Shown: piece by piece, positions 52,866 to 64,000 of the stretch | Position numbering within the stretch: the first letter of the stretch is position 1 | Layout of the letters: every line of letters starts with the position of its first letter | Assembly: GCA_040954595.2 (NCBI GenBank) | Contig: CM082577.2 | Span: forward strand, 18,450,303-18,514,302 | Source: Balanoglossus misakiensis | Lineage: Eukaryota; Animalia; Hemichordata | DNA: 64,000 bases | Reading direction: 5' to 3' | Made by a program: the position numbers and the translations under genes | Notes under the pieces: model-generated | Database searches by the model: none | What the model saw: the letters and a program-made list of their open reading frames with translations, nothing else | What the model was told of the DNA's origin: nothing

Positions 52866-54394
52866 TTTTTTTTTTTTGTGTAGTTTTTTTGCTCAGGTAG
52901 ATCTTGAAAACGGCTGAACCTACAAATCTCAAACTTGGCACAATGGTGCAGGCCTATGAGAGCTGGTGCAGTATCCCTGTGAATGTTTAATTAGTCATGT
53001 GACCTGATGACCATATATGGGCAAAGTTTTCAAATTGGCCTAATTTGCATATGAATGGAGATATCAAAATTCTTTTAGCGATTTTTGCAGACCATGTGGT
53101 CAGTGTCCTACATGCCAAATGTCAAGGCCGTAGGCCAAGTCTATTTTGAGAAGAAGATTTTTTATTTTTCATATTTTTGGACCCAGCCATGGGCCTATAC
53201 TTTCTATAGTTAAGCTATGACGCTATGTCCACGTCTGTGCAATGGTCCTGTACAGTGACTCTCTATTGGCCCGTGAGCAGAATGGGACCACAATAAAAGG
53301 CAAAATTTTAGGCTCACCTGTAACACCTGCTTAACTCATTAATTATGTGCATACCTAATTCCAGGCTAACTAATAGGGCTAGAGGTTTTGTTCTTGTGGG
53401 ACATGGACCAGTATGGGATCAAAAATTTTTGCCCAAATTTTGGGTGACCTCAGGTGACCTTTGTCCTACTTTCCTATATCTCGGCATCCAGAACAGGTAC
53501 AGCATTTGTGTTTGGATGGATCGAACTATTAATGGAGTCTTACACTTTACATCATTCATTATGCACATCTAATTTCAGACAAACCAATAGGGCTAGAGGT
53601 CTGGTTTCTGTTGGACCTGGACTAGTATGGGGTCAAAACTTTTTGCCCAAGTTTTGGGTGACCACATATGACCTTTGACCTACTCTCCTATATCTCGGCA
53701 TCCACAGCAGGTACAGACTTGGCGTTTGGAGGGTTGTGACTAAAATTAAAAAGACAAAATTGGGGGTCACCTGTGACACCTGCTTATGTCATTAATTATG
53801 TGCATACCTAATTCCAGGCTAGCCAATAGGGCTAGAGGTTTCGTTTTTGTTGAACATGGACCAGTATGGGGTTAAAATTTCTTGCCCAATTTTGGGTGAC
53901 CTCAGGTGACCTTTGACCTACTTTATCATATCTCGGCAACCCACGCAGATAAAGCCTTGGCATTTGGAGGCATGGAACTCCTAATGGAGCCTTATACTTT
54001 AGCTCATTAATTATGTGCATATCTAATTCTAGGCGGACCAATAGGGCTAGAGGTCAGGTTATTGTTGGACCAGGACTAGTATTGGGTCAAATTTTTTTTG
54101 CCTAACTTTCGGGTGGCCTCAGGTGACCTTTGACCTACTTTCCTATATCTCGGCATCCAGAACAGGTACAGCATTTGTGTTTGGATGGATCGAACTATTA
54201 ATGGAGTCTTACACTTTACATCATTCATTATGCACATCTAATTTCAGACAAACCAATAGGGCTAGAGGTCTGGTTTCTGTTGGACCTGGACTAGTATGGG
54301 GTCAAAACTTTTTGCCCAAGTTTTGGGTGACCACATATGACCTTTGACCTTCGGCTTAAGCTTGTGCCCGTCATCGCTGCTTGCAGCTATATTT
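52866..54394 (+). mobile_element. HINE subfamily A body + tail (GCTTGTGCCC variant)
   Basis: As above; subTIR at 54360-54369. Confidence 0.78.
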
Positions 54395-57300
54395 AGGGCC
54401 CAAGCGCATGCAGCGCTTGGGCCCTATTGTTATTATCCTGGTTTTTCTTCTACTTCTTCTTCTTCTTCTTTTTTTTCTTGTGTAGTTTTTTCGGCCAGCT
54501 AGATCTGGAAAACGGCTAAACCTACAGATTTCAAACTTGGCACAATGGTGCAGGCCAATGAGAGCTAGTGCAGTACCCTTGTGAATGTTTAATTAGTCAC
54601 GTGACCTGATGACCATATATGGGCAAAGTTTTCAAAAGGGCCTAATTTGCATATTAATGGAGATATCTAAATTCTTTTAGCGATTTTCGCGGACCATGTG
54701 GTCAGTGTCCTACATGCCAAATGTCAAGGCCATAGGCCATGTCAATTTTGAGAAGAAGATTTTTAAGTATTATTTTTCATATTTTTCGCCCAAGCCATGG
54801 GCCTATACTTTACATAGTAAAGCTATGACCACATATTATTTTCGATAAATATGCATACATATCTCAAAATCTGTTCGGCCGATCATCTCCAACTTTGGTG
54901 TGCAGCTAGCCTAGCATTTGTCAATAATTTAATGCGAAAAAAATAATATGAAAAATCGACAGATTTTTTTATATTAATTTTTTTATTAAATTTATACCTT
55001 TACTTATACCTCTATGGTTAAGCTATGTCCACGTCTTATTGTGGAATTCTGGTCTGTGCAATAGTCCTGTACAGTGACTGTCTATTGGTCAGTGAGCATA
55101 ATGGCACCAAAATAAAGGGCAAAATTTTAGGCTCACCTGTAACACCTGCTTAACTCATTAATTATGTGCATACCTAATTCTGGGCTAACTAAGAGGGCTA
55201 GAGGTTTCGTTCTTGTGGGACATGGCCCAGTATAGGGTCAAAAATTTTTGCCCACAATTTGGGTGACCTCAGGTGACCTTTGACCTACTTTCCTATATCT
55301 CGGCATCCAGAGCAGGTACAGACTTGGCGTTTGGAGGGTTGGGACTAAAACTGAAAAGCCAAAATGGGGGGTCACCTGTGACACCTGCATATCTCATTAA
55401 TTATGTGCATACCTAATTCCTGGCTAACCAATAGGGCTATAGGTTTGCTTTTTGTTAAACATGGACCAGTATAGGGTCAAAATTTCTTGCCCAAATTTTG
55501 TATGACCTCAGGTGACCTTTGACCTACTTTACCATATCTTGGCATCAAGAGCAGGTACAGACTTGGCGTTTGGAGGGTTGGGACTAAAATTGAAAAGGCA
55601 AAATTGGGGGTCACCTGTGATACCTGCCTACCTCATTGATTATGTGCATACCTAATTCCAGGCTAAATAATAGGGCTATAGGTTTGGTTTTTGTTGAACA
55701 TGTACCAGTATAGGGTCAAAATTTCTTGCCCAAATTTTGCATGAACTCAGGTGACCTTTGACCTACTTTACCATATCTTGGCATCCAGAGCAGGTACAGA
55801 CTTGGCGTTTGGAGGGTTGGGACTAAAATTGAAAAGCCAAAATGGGGGTCACCTGTGACACCTGCATATCTCATTAATTATGTGCATACCTAATTCCAGG
55901 CTAACCAATAGGGCTATAGGTTTGGTTTTTGTTGAACATGGACCAGTATAGAGTCAAAATTTCTTGCCACAATTTTGTATGACCTCAGGTGACCTTTGAC
56001 CTACTTTACCATATCTTGGCATCCAGAGCAGGTACAGACTTGGCGTTTGGAGGGTTGGGACTAAAATTGAAAAGGCAAAATTGGGGGTCACCTGTGATAC
56101 CTGCCTACCTCATTGATTATGTGCATACCTAATTCCAGGCTAAATAATAGGGCTATAGGTTTGGTTTTTGTTGAACATGTACCAGTATAGGGTCAAAATT
56201 TCTTGCCCAAATTTTGCATGAACTCAGGTGACCTTTGACCTACTTTACCATATTGTGGCATCCTGAGCAGATATGCTTATTGCTATGTTGCTATGTGCTA
56301 TGTTCGCTTGGGCCCGCTATTGCTGCTTGCAGCTATATTTAGGGCCCAAGCGCATGCAGCGCTTGGGCCCTATTGTTATTATCCTGGTTTTTCTTCTACT
56401 TCTTCTTCTTTTTTTTTTTCTTGTGTAGTTTTTTCGGCCAGCTAGATCTGGAAAACGGCTAAACCTACAGATTTCAAATGGTGCAGGCCAATGAGAGCTA
56501 GTGCAGTACCCTTGTGAATGTTTAATTAGTCACGTGACCTGATGACCATATATGGGCAAAGTTTTCAAAAGGGCCTAATTTGCATATTAATGGAGATATC
56601 TAAATTCTTTTAGCGATTTTCGCAGACCATGTGGTCAGTGTCCTACATGCCAAATGTCAAGGCCATAGGCCATGTCAATTTTGAGAAGAAGATTTTTAAG
56701 TATTATTTTTCATATTTTTTGACCAAGCCATGGGCCTTTACTTTACATAGTAAAGCTATGACCACATATTATTTTCGATAAATATGCATACATATCTCAA
56801 AATCTGTTAGGCCGATCATCTCCAACTTTGGTGTGCAGCTAGCCTAGCATTTGTCAATAATTTAATGCGAAAAAAATAATATGAAAAATCGACAGATTTT
56901 TTTATATTAATTTTTTTATTAAATTTATACCTTTACTTATACCTCTATGGTTAAGCTATGTCCACGTCTTATTGTGGAATTCTGGTCTGTGCAATACTGT
57001 CTATTGGTCAGTGAGCACAATGGCACCAAAATAAAAGGCACAATTTTAGCCTCACCTGTAACACCTGCTTAACTCATTAATTATGTGCATACCTAATTCT
57101 GGGCTAACTAAGAGGGCTAGAGGTTTCGTTCTAGTGGGACATGGCCCAGTATAGGGTCAAAAATTTTTGCCCACAATTTGGGTGACCTCAGGTGACCTTT
57201 GACCTACTTTCCTATATCTCGGCATCCAGAGCAGGTACAGACTTGGCGTTTGGAGGGTTGGGACTAAAACTGAAAAGCCAAAATGGGGGGTCACCTGTGA

Positions 57301-60193
57301 CACCTGCATATCTCATTAATTATGTGCATTCCTAATTCCTGGCTAACCAATAGGGCTATAGGTTTGCTTTTTGTTAAACATGGACCAGTATAGGGTCAAA
57401 ATTTCTTGCCCAAATTTTGTATGACCTCAGGTGACCTTTGACCTACTTTACCATATCTTGGCATCAAGAGCAGGTACAGACTTGGCGTTTGGAGGGTTGG
57501 GACTAAAATTGAAAAGGCAAAATTGGGGGTCACCTGTGATACCTGCCTACCTCATTGATTATGTGCATACCTAATTCCAGGCAAAATAATAGGGCTATAG
57601 GTTTGGTTTTTGTTGAACATGTACCAGTATAGGGTCAAAATTTCTTGCCCAAATTTTGCATGAACTCAGGTGACCTTTGACCTACTTTACCATATCTTGG
57701 CATCCAGAGCAGGTACAGACTTGGCGTTTGGAGGGTTGGGACTAAAATTGAAAAGCCAAAATGGGGGTCACCTGTGACACCTGCATATCTCATTAATTAT
57801 GTGCATACCTAATTCCAGGCTAACCAATAGGGCTATAGGTTTGGTTTTTGTTGAACATGGACCAGTATAGAGTCAAAATTTCTTGCCACAATTTTGTATG
57901 ACCTCAGGTGACCTTTGACCTACTTTACCATATCTTGGCATCCAGAGCAGGTACAGACTTGGCGTTTGGAGGGTTGGGACTAAAATTGAAAAGGCAAAAT
58001 TGGGGGTCACCTGTGATACCTGCCTACCTCATTGATTATGTGCATACCTAATTCCAGGCTAAATAATAGGGCTATAGGTTTGGTTTTTGTTGAACATGTA
58101 CCAGTATAGGGTCAAAATTTCTTGCCCAAATTTTGCATGAACTCAGGTGACCTTTGACCTACTTTACCATATTGTGGCATCCTGAGCAGATATGCTTATT
58201 GCTATGTTGCTATGTGCTATGTTCGCTTGGGCCCGCTATTGCTGCTTGCAGCTATATTTAGGGCCCAAGCGCATGCAGCGCTTGGGCCCTATTGTTATTA
58301 TCCTGGTTTTTCTTCTACTTCTTCTTCTTTTTTTTTTTCTTGTGTAGTTTTTTCGGCCAGCTAGATCTGGAAAACGGCTAAACCTACAGATTTCAAATGG
58401 TGCAGGCCAATGAGAGCTAGTGCAGTACCCTTGTGAATGTTTAATTAGTCACGTGACCTGATGACCATATATGGGCAAAGTTTTCAAAAGGGCCTAATTT
58501 GCATATTAATGGAGATATCTAAATTCTTTTAGCGATTTTCGCAGACCATGTGGTCAGTGTCCTACATGCCAAATGTCAAGGCCATAGGCCATGTCAATTT
58601 TGAGAAGAAGATTTTTAAGTATTATTTTTCATATTTTTTGACCAAGCCATGGGCCTTTACTTTACATAGTAAAGCTATGACCACATATTATTTTCGATAA
58701 ATATGCATACATATCTCAAAATCTGTTAGGCCGATCATCTCCAACTTTGGTGTGCAGCTAGCCTAGCATTTGTCAATAATTTTAAGCGAAAAAAAATAAT
58801 ATGAAAAATCGACCAATTTTTTTATATTATTTTTTTTATTAAATTTATACCTTTACTTATACCTCTATGGTTAAGCTATGTCCATGTCTTATTGTGGAAT
58901 TCTGGTCTGTGCAATAGTCCTGTACAGTGACTGTCTATTGGTCTGTGAGCACAATGGCACCAAAATAAAAGGCACAATTTTAGCCTCACCTGTAACACCT
59001 GCTTAACTCATTAATTATGTGCATACCTAATTCTGGGCTAACTAAGAGGGCTAGAGGTTTCGTTCTAGTGGGACATGGCCCAGTATAGGGTCAAAAATTT
59101 TTGCCCACAATTTGGGTGACCTCAGGTGACCTTTGACCTACTTTCCTATATCTCGGCATCCAGAGCAGGTACAGACTTGGCGTTTGGAGGGTTGGGACTA
59201 AAACTGAAAAGCCAAAATGGGGGGTCACCTGTGACACCTGCATATCTCATTAATTATGTGCATACCTAATTCCTGGCTAACCAATAGGGCTATAGGTTTG
59301 CTTTTTGTTAAACATGGACCAGTATAGGGTCAAAATTTCTTGCCCAAATTTTGTATGACCTCAGGTGACCTTTGACCTACTTTACCATATCTTGGCATCA
59401 AGAGCAGGTACAGACTTGGCGTTTGGAGGGTTGGGACTAAAATTGAAAAGGCAAAATTGGGGGTCACCTGTGATACCTGCCTACCTCATTGATTATGTGC
59501 ATACCTAATTCCAGGCAAAATAATAGGGCTATAGGTTTGGTTTTTGTTGAACATGTACCAGTATAGGGTCAAAATTTCTTGCCCAAATTTTGCATGAACT
59601 CAGGTGACCTTTGACCTACTTTACCATATCTTGGCATCCAGAGCAGGTACAGACTTGGCGTTTGGAGGGTTGGGACTAAAATTGAAAAGCCAAAATGGGG
59701 GTCACCTGTGACACCTGCATATCTCATTAATTATGTGCATACCTAATTCCAGGCTAACCAATAGGGCTATAGGTTTGGTTTTTGTTGAACATGGACCAGT
59801 ATAGAGTCAAAATTTCTTGCCACAATTTTGTATGACCTCAGGTGACCTTTGACCTACTTTACCATATCTTGGCATCCAGAGCAGGTACAGACTTGGCGTT
59901 TGGAGGGTTGGGACTAAAATTGAAAAGGCAAAATTGGGGGTCACCTGTGATACCTGCCTACCTCATTGATTATGTGCATACCTAATTCCAGGCTAAATAA
60001 TAGGGCTATAGGTTTGGTTTTTGTTGAACATGTACCAGTATAGGGTCAAAATTTCTTGCCCAAATTTTGCATGAACTCAGGTGACCTTTGACCTACTTTA
60101 CCATATTGTGGCATCCTGAGCAGATATGCTTATTGCTATGTTGCTATGTGCTATGTTCGCTTGGGCCCGCTATTGCTGCTTGCAGCTATATTT
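54395..60193 (+). mobile_element. Three complete near-identical HINEs head-to-tail (54395-56340, 56341-58259, 58260-60193)
   Basis: Each has head AGGGCCCAAGCGCATGCAGCGCTTGGGCCCTA, (CTT)n, ~4.7 x 239-bp repeats, and tail CGCTTGGGCCCGCTATTGCTGCTTGCAGCTATATTT. Confidence 0.88.
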
Positions 60194-61338
60194 TTTTTTT
60201 TTCTTGTGTAGTTTTTTTGCTCAGGTAGATCTTGAAAACGGTTGAACCTACAAATCTCAAACTTGGCACAATGGTGCAGGCCTATGAGAGCTGGTGCAGT
60301 ATCCCTGTGAATGTTTAATTAGTCATGTGACCTGATGACCATATATGGGCAAAGTTTTCAAATGGGCCTAATTTGCATATGAATGGAGATATCAAAATTC
60401 TTTTAGCGATTTTTGCAGACCATGTGGTCAGTGTCCTACATGCCAAATGTCAAGGCCGTGGGCCAAGTCTATTTTGAGAAGAAGATTTTTTATTTTTCAT
60501 ATTTTTATACCTGGCCATAGGCCTATATTTTCTATAGTTAAGCTATGACGCTATGTCCACGTCGGCTGTGCAATGGTCCTGTACAGTGACTCTCTATTGG
60601 CCCGTGAGCAGAATGGGACCACAATAAAAGACCAAATTTTGGGCTCACCTGTAACACCTGCTTAACTCATTAATTATGTGCATACCTAATTCCAGGCTAA
60701 CTAAAACGGCTAGAGGTTTTGTTCTTGTGGGACATGGACCAGTATGGGATCAAACATTTTTGCCCAAATTTTGGGTGACCTCAGGTGACCTTTGACCTAC
60801 TTTCCTATATCTCGGCACGCACAGCAGGTACAGACATGGCGTTTGGAGGGTTGTGACTAAAATTGAAAAGACAAAATTAGGGTTCACCTTTGACACCTGC
60901 TTATCTCATTAATTATGTGCATACCTAATTCCAGGGTAGCCAATAGGGCTAGAGGTTTGATTTTTGTTGAACATGGACCAGTATGGGGTTAAAATTTCTT
61001 GCCCAATTTTGGATGACCTCAAGTGACCTTTGACCTACTTTACCATATCTCGGCAACCAGCGCAGATACAGCCTTGGCATTTGGAGGCATGGAACTCCTA
61101 ATGAAGCCTTATACTTTACCTCATTAATTATGTGCATATCTAATTCTAGGCGAACCAATAGGGTTAGAGGCCTGATTTTTGTTGGACCTGGACTGGTATG
61201 GGGTCAAACATTTTTGCTAAACTTTCGGATGGCCTCAGGTGACCTTTAACCTACTTTCCTATATCTCGGCATCCAGAACAGGTACAGCATTTGTGTTTGG
61301 ATGGATCGAACTATTGATAGAGTCTTACACTTTACATC
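60194..61338 (+). mobile_element. HINE subfamily A body lacking both head and tail
   Basis: Homologous to 52866-54220; stops abruptly at ~61338. Confidence 0.72.
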
Positions 61339-61339
61339 C

Positions 61340-62052
61340 GTTTAATGACCACACACACCAAATCTTGTGACTCGGTTATCGCCCGTTCTGGAGGAGAAGA
61401 TTTTTGAAGTTTTACTATGGTTTTTCGAAAATTCAATATGGCCGCCATAATCTTTGACCAATCACAATGATCTTGGCAAACTTGATAGACATCAGTTAGG
61501 TGACCACATAACCCAAACGGCGTGACTCAGTTATCGCCGGTTCTGGAGAAGAAGATTTTTGAAATTTTGACCAGATTTCAGAAAAACAACTGTAGCAAAA
61601 AAACTGCAACATTGACAGCAAAATATCCAATTACAAAAATGATGGGCAGAGGGTATACTACCAGCACGCCAAATCTGAAGTCGATCTGACTTGTAGTTTC
61701 TGAGATCTGAGATTTGCATTTTTTCAGAATATCCAATATGGCCGCCATGTCACGTGACTAATTAAGTATTCACAAGTCACTGCACATCTACTCATTGACC
61801 TTGACCACTGTAGCAAGTTTGAGAACTGTACCTGCAGCGGTGTCTGAGATCTAGAGCGCGAAAGAAATGAACCAAGAATAAAGAAAGAAAGAAAGAAAGA
61901 AAGAAAGAAAAACCCCAACGAAACCAATACGGGCCCAAGCCTGGCTTGGCTTGGGCCCGTAAATATTCCAACAATACCAATGGGGGCACAAGCCGCCTGA
62001 GGGCGCTTGTGCCCCCAAAAATTCCAACAATACCAATAGGGGCACAAGCCTA
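61340..62052 (-). mobile_element. Inverted, truncated HINE subfamily B preceded by a stack of 2.5 heads
   Basis: Reverse complement of ~45390-46005; palindromic heads at ~61928-61962, ~61982-62016 and a half head at ~62033-62052. Confidence 0.8.
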
Positions 62053-64000
62053 TCGGGCAAAAACATTTTGGAAAATTGTCTGATCGAGAACTTTGCACAA
62101 ATTTATCTCTTACTAATTTAAAATGAAAGTTTTCCAAATGGGTGACTCTCTGATATATATTAACGAGAAGTCCGTGGGTATTTTATCAAAAAATGGGAGA
62201 AATATTGAGAAAAACTGACAAAATTGCACAAAAAACCACGTGGCTGGCGAGGGCGCTTTCGCGATATTTCCGACAACCTGGATTCATGATACACGCATTA
62301 TCTAACATATAGGGGGACACGATGACGTAGGCCTAAATTTTATGATCGATCGAGCCATTTTGGTTAGTATTTTCATTTATTCACTGAGAACCCACGTATG
62401 GATATTAAACAGATCACAAGTAAAGACTGTGAATAAATACAGTAGGCATGCTTTAGAATCCTACTAGCATTTATTGGAAGGATCAATAATGTACACTTGC
62501 AAAGAACGGACGGTCTTAACGAAGATCTCGTTTAAAACGTCGTTGTCTTACACGACCGTACGCGTCTTGTACCCACTCTGCTGAGTGTTTGTAAATTGTA
62601 CACGACACTCATAAATAGTTGAATATGAATATGAATATGAAAGTGAGTTCTCAACTTTTAATGGAGCTCTCCCATAATGTGGGGCGGTAGCCTTGAAAAA
62701 TAATAAAGTATTCTTGTTACATGCGGCTAGTCTGACAGTTCAGCATGGCTGATGTAGGCTGTGTACGAGCGCTTTTTCTTCCTCTTTAGGCGGTGCTTAG
62801 GCCTGGAAGTAGACTTGCTCCAAGTCTATGGACTTCATTATGTGTAGGGAACGCGTAGGCTTGGTCGACGCTTCCCGAAACCACAAGCTCAGTCCCAAAT
62901 TCGAAACTCACCTCACTAACAAAAACACGCTCAAGGCAAGGATGCACGCAAAAGTATTGCAATTATTTATCAAGTACTGCAATTAAGTATTGCAATTATT
63001 TATTAAGTACATATTGAGATTTAAAAATCACCAAGCGACTAGTGGGCTAGTCTAGCCTGGAAGTAAAATCTGAACTCTCCATAGGCCCCATGTTTCAAAC
63101 AATTTGCTCGGTCCAATCTGTTGATGTCGAAATAGAAACACTATTCTTAAAACAAATTTTCTTAACGTGTTTCACTAAAGGGCCAAACGCTAAAAACGTT
63201 TTCTTAAAACGGGAACGATGGCGGATTTTGTTTCTTTGTAACGAGAGTGATGGAAAACTTCGATGGTTTGTTTTATCTGGCCGATTCTCAGAAAACACGT
63301 CACCACAAGAGGGCGCACTATGAAGGCTACTCTGGAAAGCAGGGAAAGAATGAAAATCTCCCAAAATTGTCCGCTCACTTGAATACAACGTAAGCAGTAA
63401 ATACAAAACCCATCACCGTTTTGTTTTAAAGCAGTGGTGTGGTTACGCATGTACGTACATTAAATGACAATGGTGGTGGCAAGGAAAAATTGACAAAATA
63501 AGTCATAAGAAGGCATATCATTGATGTCAGTGTATTCATGCATTGTTGTATGCCAGCCAGCAGTGACATGGTAAATAATTTGAACAATAAAAAATAACCT
63601 TACGAGAGCACTACGCAGTCTTGGGAGGCTGTTTCTGATTGGTTAGATTTTTGACAGCTCAATCTGCATGCTATCAACAACTGCTTTCAGTTTGTTTCAC
63701 CTGTTGTTATATCCTTAACACCTCCTTACAATGTCATTTACATATGCCTGTCATTTTCATTTAGCATATTGCTCACAGTATTTGCATAACAATAAAACTC
63801 TTGCCGCTGACGTTCAGTTCGTTTATCGTTCTCATTACCCTACACACGCTCCTATTCTCTCTCTCCGCCATTTATATATTCGCTAGCCCTAGATAGATTT
63901 TTTTCTCAATGTTTTTTCTTAGTTTAGGTTAATTTATTATATTACTTAGTTTAGATTATTAGTTATAGTTAGGAATAGTATTAGGTTTTGTTAGTATTTA

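Noticed and set aside
63303-63316. CTCF-like motif CCACAAGAGGGCGC
   Set aside because: Single imperfect match with no independent support
62060-64000. Possible gene or TE end in the right flank (short ORFs, GAATAT micro-repeat, T-rich tail)
   Set aside because: No recognisable domain, TIR pair or consistent splice model within the window

Overview
This is eukaryotic (metazoan-type) transposon-rich DNA with no recognisable host gene. About 62 kb of the 64 kb is one nest of Helentron/Helitron2 rolling-circle elements. (1) Two ~21-kb autonomous-type Helentrons lie head-to-tail (copy 1: <1-18669, copy 2: ~18727-45284; offset 20963 bp at their left parts). Each carries a minus-strand ~2700-aa OTU-OTU-Rep(HUH)-Pif1 helicase-APE endonuclease gene, disrupted in both copies. 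Each also carries a divergently oriented, 3-exon, ~372-aa OB-fold/Zn-ribbon (RPA70-like) gene that the ORF track misses; it is intact in both copies and the differences between copies are mostly synonymous. (2) Passengers: a pogo/Tigger remnant and a 256-bp Harbinger-type MITE in both copies. Copy 2 alone has a 773-bp Harbinger MITE (TAA TSD) in the endonuclease and an intact Mag-type Ty3/Gypsy element (identical 144-bp LTRs, 5-bp TSD) in intron 1 of the RPA-like gene. (3) 45.3-62.05 kb is an array of non-autonomous Helentron derivatives (HINE/DINE-1-like) with 239-bp internal repeats. Stacked 5' palindromic heads followed by headless bodies indicate Russian-doll insertion into a T-tract just inside the element's own 5' end. 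62.06-64 kb is unassigned. All calls are by eye and from motif knowledge; no searches were run.
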